From contig BCGN01000002.1 of the NCBI GenBank assembly GCA_001599295.1, positions 1,054,001 through 1,118,000 on the forward strand: DNA of 64,000 bases, written 5' to 3'. The notes below the pieces were generated by a model. The model had not been told where the DNA came from and did not search any database. It saw only the letters and a program-made list of their open reading frames with translations. The DNA is from Sporopachydermia quercuum. Taxonomy: Eukaryota. This document shows positions 12,679 through 22,468 of this stretch, piece after piece (position 1 is the stretch's first letter; each line of letters opens with the position of its first letter). The translations under genes were made by a program, and so were the position numbers.

Positions 12679-12857
12679 AGGCTCCTGTTAGAGTCACGGT
12701 ACGATCGAAATTGAAGTTGAACGTACTTTGCCGTCTATGACGGTGTGTCGTGCTCATGGTAGTCTTAGAGTAATTGTGGTTTAACAATCACTGTTCTTCC
12801 GGCCCTTGTGTCGAGTAGAGTACTATTACTTTACTACGCGGTTCAGAACTAACAAAT
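12679..12857 (+). ncRNA. SNR11: Box H/ACA snoRNA, snR11 orthologue (guide for 25S Psi2416, S. cerevisiae numbering); 5' end uncertain
   Basis: Layout is hairpin, H box (AGAGTA 12767-12772), hairpin, ACA (12852-12854) plus 3 nt. Pocket strands TAGAGTC (12689-12695) and GCTCA (12752-12756) pair with 25S UGAGC-[UU]-GACUCUA, 15 nt from the H box. Lies beside CMC4 and RPL36, as recalled for S. cerevisiae SNR11. Confidence 0.88.
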
Positions 12858-13084
12858 AATATATGATATGATGCTATTGATTTGTATTGTATTATATTGA
12901 TATCATGAAAATGATTTTATGCTTGGTATAGTTATAGTAGAAAATGAATATAAGTTTTTATGAGTATTTTATTTTTCAAGTTTTGTTTTCGTATGACATT
13001 CAAAGAAACGACCGCAAGAAAATGCGTAGTGAAAAGATATAATTATCCATTCAAGTGTAATTTGATTTCATGGCATGACAGGTT

Positions 13085-13428
13085 TTAACGAGGAGTAGTT
13101 GAATGTACATTTGCATCAATTCTGTCCTTCGTTCGTTGTTGAATTTTCAAGGCTAGTAAATCAGGTTTTGGACAACTGGTGGACCGAGCATCAGTCCCAT
13201 TTTGTTCATAGAATTTGTTACAACACTCGTAGAGTTTATCGATTAAATCAGTACATTTACTCTCATTGTAATGAGTCCTTTGAAGACAATCTAAATAGTG
13301 GACAATGTTAGAATATTTCCTTAAATTACAAAGTATACTGATATTTCAATTAATAAATAACAATACTTACTTTGAATGGCACAAGCTTGAGCGTGGCAAG
13401 GTTGTTTGGAGTAATCAATTTCGCTCAT
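13085..13428 (-). CDS. CMC4: Mitochondrial intermembrane-space Cx9C protein Cmc4 (87 aa); exons 13428-13371 and 13290-13085; absent from the ORF track
   Basis: Spliced product MSEIDYSKQPCHAQACAIQNCLQRTHYNESKCTDLIDKLYECCNKFYEQNG...SCPKPDLL. The 80-nt intron has GTAAGT, TTCTAAC and TAG. Confidence 0.93.
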
Positions 13429-13901
13429 CTCTGAAATTCTCTGTCGGTCTGATTGTCGGGTTCTGTGGTTGTTGCAATTGTTGACGGATGAGAAGACGTA
13501 GGTGTTATTTTGACATATAGTCTCAAATGATATATCATCAATCTCGTAATATTATAATTTCGACTAAGAGTGCATAGGTGATGGTATTTATTTGGTAGCA
13601 TCTGATATACTGATTCACTGAGCAGAAAGAGACTTAAAGGTCTTTCCGCAAATGCACTACACTAGTTCATTTTCAGTAACACTTTTCTGATTAAATGTCA
13701 CATTGTTTATAATGTTCATATTGGGAATATTTCCAATACATGAACAGTGATTATTTCTGTATGAATAAAACGAGTTAATAAATGATTTTATTTTTATGAA
13801 CCAATTCATCAAAGAGTACTTTTATTTACACTATAGTTATTATACCAGAATGGAAACTAGCTTTGAATGTTTACCCATAATAATGAGCATCATCCTTCTC
13901 A

Positions 13902-14828
13902 CTAATGTCTTCGGGATCTATTATAATCCGATACACTGGGAACGTACGACTTTAAATCTATTGCTTTGTTAGTATGTGAGATGTGAACATTGATATTTCA
14001 GTTGACATGTTATACTTACCTGATTCTTCTGGAACCCAGTAGCGTACTTGTGTCATATTTGAACCCGATTTTTCAACTTTTACATTCTTTTCAAACTCTG
14101 CTGTAGCACTTTCAATATCAACTAGAAACAAAGATATTAGTTAGGCAACGAAATTATAACTTTTGAGCAAACTACCCCCAAATTCATAGCAGATCCAATT
14201 GCTACTTACTTGGATTGATTCCTGCTTCTTCTAACTGTCTTCTCAGGAGTCCTATATGCATTGCCATCTTCATTTCTCTTCTCTGTGTATCCTCTCTTTC
14301 TTTGAATAACTGAAATGCACATCTCTTTTTAATCTCTTCCAAGTTTCTTTGAGTAATTTGTAACGTTTTGACATGTTGAAGCGTTTGCTCTTTTTGCTTC
14401 TTGGCCGATTCTTCCCTTTGAGCTCTATCATTTAAATACATATATAGCATGCAAATACTCAAAATAACAACGCCCACCACTTCCATAGTCATGGCAGTTT
14501 CTCTTCTAGAGAAACTAGGATCTTGAGAGTTACCGTTGGATTGTTGCAGGTGTTGTTGATTATTAGGCTGATGACCTGAGCTATTCTCGGCTCCTGAGAA
14601 ATAAGCAGGTGGTGGGGGAATCTTTGGACTATCAGTCCTGCCGTCAAAACTTCCGTTTATATTTTGATTTTGTGATTCATCCGTATTTTTTGCCTGGAAG
14701 TACGATTTTGAAGATACGAGTCTAACCTGTAGTGATTTAGTATGATTGATCCTGATTAGACTGTTATCCAATCTGCAAACCAGATGTGCTTTAAATCCAG
14801 GTGCGAGCCTCACACTTCGGCCAATCAT
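13902..14828 (-). CDS. Uncharacterised single-pass, probably mitochondrial protein (258 aa); exons 14828-14210, 14121-14020 and 13957-13902
   Basis: R/S/L-rich presequence-like N-terminus, one hydrophobic segment (VVGVVILSICMLYMYL) and a coiled coil. Two GTAAGT..TAG introns keep the frame through ...NPIDIESATAEFEKNVKVE...YWVPEESDLKSYVPSVSDYNRSRRH*. Confidence 0.8.
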
Positions 14829-15500
14829 CGCGTCATAATAAGATTGTTCTATTAATCAGCAATATTGCACATATTCATAAAATCAGTGTAATGATCGATG
14901 GGACTGATATAGATCAAATGCTTGTGATATCACAGATGCCTAGATCTGTTATTTAGAGAACGATCAATACTTGCATGTTTATCAAGATATGCATTAGAAA
15001 CCAAGCTATATAGACCTGATATGGGACAACACATATGTAACTATCATTAACACTTAATGAAAACAATGCTTGGGAGTATTCATAGGTGATCCAAGTATTA
15101 TAACGAATAAGGATAATTGAAAAGGAATGTATTGGAGGTATTAAGTAGCAATATGAGCAACGAGTAAATACGATGTTTTTAAGTACATGAATTTTGGTCT
15201 TGAAGGAAGAAGAACCGTAGGTGGTCGTGGACACTCGTAAACCAGGGAAAAGAGTAGCTGTTCTCAATTTCGCAGTACACGCATTTAAATTGAGCAAAAC
15301 ACAATAGAAACATACCAATAGTTCTACATAATTTAATCAAACAGATTTCTAAAGATTTTGTTCATAATTTATTATTTATTTTGAAGTTAGGATCAAGGCC
15401 ATTAGATTACACCAAATGAATATTAAGCTAATCTAATGGATGAGAAATATTCACCACACACACCACCAATCACTCATTCAATCGTTTGTAGATACTGAAC

Positions 15501-16138
15501 TTAATGACGTCTGGATTCAGCAATGATCTTGGTCATTTCATCAACCTTCTTCTTAGATCTGGTGAAAGTACCGAGTCTCTTCTTGGCCAACTTTCTAGCT
15601 CTCTTGTCTCTGTTGTTTCTGATCAATTCAATAACTCTTCTTTCGTAAGGAGCCAATCCTGACACTTCACGAACGACATCTCTGACGAAAAGAGCTCTCT
15701 TAGAAGCAGCACCCTTCTTGTAAGAGATCTTACCGGCGGGGGTTCTGGCAGTGACCTTGTGTCCCTTGTTGAGACCAATAGCAATTCCTATAAAAATGTT
15801 AATAATCCATTCTACCAATGTATTTATCTCCTTATGCTAATTGAACCGTGGAAGCAATGCCTTTTTCAGTTATTTCTCATTGATGATTGATTACCGAATA
15901 CTACGAAAACCGATACCCTGTTGACTATTCCGTGTAAACTATTAAAACCCATTGAAATCTAATTCTGATGCCACAAGACTCATTTCGTCGGCTTTGCTCT
16001 TACAACACTGCACACACTCTCATTAACTATCGAACTTCATTCATGAAAATGTAAACCTTTTGGTTGATGTTTCCTTCCACAGTTCGTTTTTCTGGTTGAT
16101 TGTTCATCATTCCTCATAAACATACCTGACTTAGCCAT
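15501..16138 (-). CDS. RPL36: 60S ribosomal protein eL36 (99 aa); exons 16138-16126 and 15787-15501
   Basis: [17 protein letters not shown]...[15 protein letters not shown]. The 338-nt intron has GTATGT, a variant branch TATTAAC and TAG. Confidence 0.97.
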
Positions 16139-16443
16139 TGTGATGTATGTTATAATCTTGGATGTATGTTGATATAACCCGTTGATTCGATAGTGATCTC
16201 AAATGTACAATAATAGGTCTTGAATGTGTTCCATTGTGATACTATCTCCTAACGATGTTATCTGTAAGGGCAATAATTACAGCTTGGAAAGTAGTAGCTG
16301 GTGCTTCACACACGCACAAACCAGAATGCGAGTGGGTAGGGTGTACCACTTCTTTCAAACTCGAAAGTTCACTAAAATCATATAAATTCCATATTAGGTA
16401 AATAAAATTTCTTTCTTCAAACCAGATGTTACACACATGATTA

Positions 16444-16508
16444 TCACGTGCAGAAGTCTTATATCCCATCAAAACCTAAAAGTATTTCAACCTTAGAAAA
16501 TTTACCCG
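16444..16508. promoter_or_regulatory. Cbf1-type TCACGTG (16444) and Reb1-type TTACCCG (16502) in the divergent RPL36/MRPL24 promoter
   Basis: Exact motif matches; binding is inferred only. Confidence 0.5.
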
Positions 16509-16702
16509 TCCANAAATTACATTCGTTGTCTACGAAAAATCACCAACCTCAGAAGCATGATGAATCAAGTGATAAAACGATTGATTAAATGACCGAAATT
16601 CGATTATTCTCGTGTCTTTGGCTAGTAAACGATCAACATTGTGTTGTGGTAGACAAGGATAGAGAGAAGATTGAAGTTTGAGTTATCTCAGTTTTATCCG
16701 TC

Positions 16703-17518
16703 ATGTTGAAAGGATTGAATTTTGGCTTAATTGTCAAAGGCTTGGGACAACCTTCAGCGAGCTCAGCTTGCTATAGGAGCTTCTCCACAGGTTTTAATGT
16801 ATTGAGGAATTATAAATTTGTCGTGATGAGAAAAATAAGAGAGGATCCAGAATACAAAGAAGGCGATCTAGCTCCAAGATATATCCCCAAAGAAAAGAAG
16901 AAGTATCCTGTTTACCCTTACGGAGATGCCGTTCTTTGTAAAAGAACTGACAGAGGTTTATACGGATCACGTACCGTTGTATTTGGTAACCAGGTGTCAG
17001 AGAGTAAACACAAAACCAGAAGAAAGTGGAAACCCAATGTGCAAAGAACAAAGTTATGGAGTGAGGAGCTACAAAAATCATTAAGATTGAGAGTTGTAGC
17101 TAACGTGCTGAAAACAATAACTAAAGAAGGTGGCCTTGACAATTATCTTCTCAAGGATACAAAGGCTAGATTAAAGGAACTTGGATCTTTTGGCTGGAAG
17201 TTACGTTTTGATATCTTGATGAGTAAAGAAAAGAAGAAGTTCAAACCTCATCCAGAACTTACTGCGACAACTGATTCCAAAGGTAACCCAGTTACGGTTT
17301 ATTATAAATGCATAGTTGAAGACGAAGAAGTACAGATCAACGTTGGAAGGAGAAAGCTTCAACAACTTTTGTTCCCATATACTCGCCAGGAAGCCTCAGA
17401 TAATGGGTTGGAGTTGAGCTATAAACGGTTTCTAGAAGATTATAAGGGAGTTAGTGTTGAAAAGATTGTAAAGCAACTTTTAGCTAATAAGGTGGATAAG
17501 AGTCAATTTTCTTTTTAA
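16703..17518 (+). CDS. MRPL24: Mitochondrial ribosomal protein bL28m
   Basis: RGLYGSRTVVFGNQVSESKHKTRRKWKPNV and VLKTITKEGGLDNYL (L28 family); presequence; syntenic with RPL36. Confidence 0.93.
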   Translation: MLKGLNFGLIVKGLGQPSASSACYRSFSTGFNVLRNYKFVVMRKIREDPEYKEGDLAPRYIPKEKKKYPVYPYGDAVLCKRTDRGLYGSRTVVFGNQVSESKHKTRRKWKPNVQRTKLWSEELQKSLRLRVVANVLKTITKEGGLDNYLLKDTKARLKELGSFGWKLRFDILMSKEKKKFKPHPELTATTDSKGNPVTVYYKCIVEDEEVQINVGRRKLQQLLFPYTRQEASDNGLELSYKRFLEDYKGVSVEKIVKQLLANKVDKSQFSF

Positions 17519-17748
17519 CTTCGTTGCATTTGATGAAATTGAACATTTTTTATGTATTCATTTGCAGGTTCCTTTTACTTCATAGCAAATACTTGATAAT
17601 CGCTGTTTTTNATGACATGTACATACATACATATATATTATATACAATACAAATTGTTCTATTATACGATATGTTCACTGTTCAAAAATCATTGGAAACC
17701 ATCCAATGTTCGTTATTTATCCCAAATTAATCAAATTAAGCACTCTAT

Positions 17749-19633
17749 CTAATTATGTACTTCAGGAGTTGGTGATCTTCTGTCTGCGTCCGAAACAGGA
17801 GCTGTTCCACTTGATGCAACGATAGATGGATCCTTCAATGTATCGTTCAACTCTTGTCGCACTCTTTCCAACTCATCTTCCAGCTCTTCAAACTCATCTT
17901 GTAGAGTTCTGTTTTTCTCCAGAATCTCACCGTTCTCTTTCAATATATTCATAATCTCATCTTTGGTACCATGGGATTCAGGTTTAGTTTGCTCTTTTTG
18001 CTGTAGTTCCTCTAGACGTTGTTGCAAAGATTTATTGCTTTCTTGAATTTCACTGATGTCATCTTGCAAACTAGTAAGAATCGCCCTTTCCTTGATGATT
18101 TCATTGGCCATTTCAACGTGTTGACGTTTGAGAACTGAAAGGTTTGCAAGGTTGGATTTCAGCTGTGCTCTCAACTTACCGTTATAAGTCTTAGCAACTT
18201 CAATTTCATCATTTTTAGCTTGAATTTGTTTATTGAGAACGACATACTCTTCACTGTACTTACAAAGTAGAAGAGGATAGATAGATGTATCATCAGCATC
18301 AGAAATCAGCTCTTCAGTGTTATATTTGACTGTTGGAGTACCAGAGGATCTACTACCACCTTGACTTCTAGCAAATGAAGCAAATGCTTGTTCTGCAGCA
18401 CCAGCAGATCTATTCATATCACCAACTTCGTATTTCTCAAAAAGCTTCGTTTTCATGAAATCAACTAAACGGTGGTTTTGGAAGCCAATCATTTCATCAT
18501 AATTCTTCTTCATGATTGCTAAAGAAATCTTCAATAACGCATCAATACCTTCAATAATAACCAAATCAATGATACGAACCACAATTTTTGGGGAGAATTT
18601 ATAACCAAATAAGGTGAGAATCCATTGAGAGGCAAACATATGAGCACTGATGCTTTGACTTTTAAGATGGTAGCTTAAAGAAGGTATTTGATCTTCAATC
18701 AAACGGTCCAATTGATATAATTTCAAATTCAATTCCGTTGCTTCAATCGTAAATAATCCGTTGAATTTGTAGTTTTTCATTAAAACTACCAGTAAGGAGA
18801 AAGCTTCAAGTTCGGGCAAAGATAGGAGTAATGGTATGACAAGGAATAGCAATCCTTGATTATAACCAACATCTTCATCGTAAAGAGCATATGCTTTCAA
18901 GACATTGAATAAAGACTCCACTTTGTCCAGAATCTCACCTGACATCACCAATTCATTTCTTACCAAGTCTCGCCTGATTATTTTGTCATAAATTGATGAT
19001 TGATCAAGTAGAGCCTTATATTGTTCTTCTGATACGACTCCAGAAGAAGACGCGATCACCTGCCACAAGATTGGTCGTAAACTTGTGGGAATTCCTTGTG
19101 TGAAAGNCGATCTTATTTTCTCAGGTGAATTCTTTGCAGTTTCAGAGTAGTTGTAGACAACTGATGACCAAAACTCCCAATCAATAACATCCTCAGCTTC
19201 AGCTATTGTGGGATTCACTTCATTCTTAGTATCCTCAAATTGCTTTCTAACAGTTTCTAAGCCTACTTTGATTCTTATGATTTCTGACTCTTTCTTGCTT
19301 GATAGATATTGGTTATTGCTGTTTAATCTGTCAATGACCAGGTCTAAACTACCATCAAACTCTTTTCCAACTAAAGGAGTTTCCTCAGGTAGTTTACCGA
19401 AATACTTAAACCCAGTAGCGGGTCTTGAGAAGGTCTCATTGGACTTGATAATTGGATTTATGTTAGTTCAGTACTTGCAATATAGTAAACTTAAAACTTA
19501 TATAGTATTGCATTTCTTGAAGCCATGATAATCCCCCTATCCTTAATTTCAAATTGCTCAATACTTGTTCCATGCCTGAGTGTTGATTGATAAGCTAAGG
19601 GATACTTACAATGGGTTCTTGAACTTCAGTCAT
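17749..19633 (-). CDS. GYP5: Rab-GAP TBC protein of the Gyp5/Gyl1 family (about 572 aa); exons 19633-19610 and 19443-17749
   Basis: TBC motifs IDWEFW, GIPTSLRPILWQ, IRRDLVR and VGYNQG, plus a C-terminal coiled coil. The frame is open to 19443. The proposed intron 19609-19444 has GTAAGT, AACTAAC and a weak AAG acceptor, so exon 1 is less certain. Confidence 0.85.
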
Positions 19634-20447
19634 GATTGATCATAAACTCCGGCGACAGTAGAGATTATCCAATTGGTCTCAATTTCTCTACCGTTCAATT
19701 TCAATTCAAATCATGGAACAACAATAAATTCTGATTTCTAGGTTGTAAATCCTCCTTTGTTCTTTCAGAATTACGGCTGCTTTATCAATAAGGACCAAAA
19801 GGTTTAGATGGACATTTGACACTTGGTGTATCTCTTCGTGTTTTGTTGTTCTATGATTGTCCTGATTAATACATTATGTCTTGATATCACAGAATACCTG
19901 TTATGGGACAGATGTGACAGGACAGGACCATGACAGTCAGTTTTACAAGATATTTTGTCAGGGATGATCGTCATTCTAGGAAGTTCCGGCATGCCTAAAA
20001 CAAGTAAGTCGAATCCTTTGATGGATGTGAGAGGGGGGATAATTAGAGAGATGAGATGAGCAGAGCTGAGCTTTGTTAGTTACTGTACCGGAGAAGCATC
20101 AAAAGGAACAATAAATGAGCAAAAACTACGGTTATGTTGTTTTTCTCCAATAGGAACAAAAGTAGAAATGTCTAACGAAAGAACTCAATGAAAATATAAG
20201 TCATGACAAGACAATTGTTAATAGCAGCGTNTAAACTCATATCACATCACAGGAGCAAGTTAAGTAGGAACCTACCAACTTTATTATAAAAGAATATAAC
20301 AAAATAATTATAAAAACAAAAGAAAATATCCCAACCAAAAAGACCCCTTTGCCTAGCAAGTAACACGTAGAAAATTCATAAAACTGATAACATAAACACT
20401 TGATTATCACCATTCTACAGATAGATCCTATCTGCTAGTACCTGCCC

Positions 20448-21728
20448 TTAAACCTCAGCCAATATAACAGACGCCCTATCAGAGATCCAAGGATCTGACA
20501 ACCTTGAATTGGACATGAAATTCATTGATTGATAAGCAGGATCTTCACCGACAGTTTGGAAAGGATTGGATATGGTTGTAGCAAGCAAATTCTCNTCAAC
20601 AGGGCTCAATTCAGTAGGCCACGATAAGTTCGAGAATGTAAAAGAGTTGCTAATGCCATTGATAACACTTGCTGCGTTAGATCTTTCCATTGGCGAGCTG
20701 TGAAATTCTGTAGGTACATCATTAGTAATATTACTGTTCAATACACTGAATGGTTCATACTCAGTCTCTTCCTCGTAAGAAATACTTGTATCTTCTGTTA
20801 AAGAAACAACAGATTCTGCAGCAAGACTCTGACTACCAACTGACGATTCATAGTCAATAATAAAAGGTCGAACTTCATCTAGGAGCTTTGGTTTGCCGGA
20901 TTTGACTACACCCATCGTGATATTGGAGTCCCTTAACAAGATAGTTAATTTCTCAGCATCACAGTTCGGGAAATAAATTCTCAGCATAGAATGTGAATTT
21001 TCAATAGATATTGGCAATTCACCATATTCAGCCAGCTTTTTAATCTCAGCAATTGTTGTTTTCAATTCTTTCATATAGCTGACAATGTTTGATTCAATAT
21101 CGTCTACTACATTGTCGTCTAGAAATGACATCGATGGGAAAGTGAATTTAGGAGTAAACTTGAATTCAACAATAGAGCCAGTCACTTGAGTATTCACGGA
21201 GTCGGCCTTTTTCATAGTTTGCTTAATCTCTTCAGTGACAACTTGAGATCNAAATCGTGTTTCCTGACCTTTCGTTTTAGCTTTGGGATTTAAGAGTAAA
21301 CCTCTAAACAATAACGAAATATTAGGTACAGTCTGTCCTGCAGTAGCTGTATATGAAGAAAATAAGCGACTTCCCCCATAATTTCTTATGACGTTAAATT
21401 TACAAACTCCCATCATAGGTCTCTTATTAGACCTAAAAGCATGCAAAGCTACCCTCATGAAAGGAGTTGACGCCATATAAGTTGACTGTCTTCGGTAATT
21501 GCCACCAGACCACGAATTAGTTGAATAGTTTCGAACATTTCTTCCTCTTTCAAGAGCTCTTCTTATGTTGGAACTTCCTTCTCGACGAACAGGAATATAT
21601 GCTGGTTGAAGCCTTGGACCAAGAAAGCTGCCAGCTAGCTCTTCAGACAATTCATCTAATGTCTGACGGAGCCTTCTAGCTGCTTTCCTGGTCAATGACA
21701 CCAGATTCTTTACAGTACGGTCTCCCAT
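20448..21728 (-). CDS. SPG5: Probable Spg5 (stationary phase protein 5) family protein
   Basis: Segment GSIVEF...YGELPI...LRIYFPNCD...GVV resembles recalled Spg5-like proteins. Position between GYP5/GYL1 and SGS1 matches YMR191W. Confidence 0.65.
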   Translation of the reverse strand: MGDRTVKNLVSLTRKAARRLRQTLDELSEELAGSFLGPRLQPAYIPVRREGSSNIRRALERGRNVRNYSTNSWSGGNYRRQSTYMASTPFMRVALHAFRSNKRPMMGVCKFNVIRNYGGSRLFSSYTATAGQTVPNISLLFRGLLLNPKAKTKGQETRFXSQVVTEEIKQTMKKADSVNTQVTGSIVEFKFTPKFTFPSMSFLDDNVVDDIESNIVSYMKELKTTIAEIKKLAEYGELPISIENSHSMLRIYFPNCDAEKLTILLRDSNITMGVVKSGKPKLLDEVRPFIIDYESSVGSQSLAAESVVSLTEDTSISYEEETEYEPFSVLNSNITNDVPTEFHSSPMERSNAASVINGISNSFTFSNLSWPTELSPVXENLLATTISNPFQTVGEDPAYQSMNFMSNSRLSDPWISDRASVILAEV

Positions 21729-22468
21729 TTGAATGATTATTGAATAACCTCAAACACGAATCCCAATACTATAAAAAGCAGTCTGTTTAATCCTAAGAAA
21801 AGATATTCTCCATATCATAAATGCCGCTAATAAGTGCAAATTATAACGAGTTTTGCAAATANTTCATCAAGTTGTGGTAAGCACCATACTATGGAGCCTA
21901 TGTTTGCTCTCTCAAACTGATAAGCAAGCGACAATATTTATAACTGTTTGCCCCTTTCCCGATGACCGGAGTAATGACAAATGTCAGAGTAAGACAANTT
22001 ACGACAGAGACATGGAACTTCGTTGTCAGAGATAAATGAGACACAACTTAGAATGGAAATATTGTGTGACATTGAGGCATCCTTACAAATCTCAAGAACA
22101 CTCCCATTCTATGATACAGGGGTATTTCAGGAGACTACATTGGTGTAGAATATTCGGATAAGAAAAGCGGAAGCCAGATCTCCGGGATGCCTGGGATGTA
22201 CTACAAAGCAATGAGGGTTCAGTTCTTTTGCTCCGAGCATTACGGAGGAAAGGACTGTTATCAGGTGTCCTGAAGTGAAAATGCTATGGCAGAAACATAC
22301 GAACTAACTAATCATTACGGACAGTATACAGGAGGACGTAGATCATCAACAAATTGTGTTTATGGAAAGATCAGAAAGAATTAATATACAATAAAAGAGA
22401 AATAAATAACAAAACCATTACCGTTGTGATGTCATCATTCAAATTCAGTAGGTAACAAATTAAAATTG

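Noticed and set aside
14012..14022. ATACTTACCTG as a U1 5' end
   Set aside because: It is the reverse complement of the donor of intron 2 in the 14828-13902 gene.
14953..15318. 121-aa hydrophobic minus-strand ORF
   Set aside because: TTG start and no recognisable family; typical of a T-rich chance ORF.
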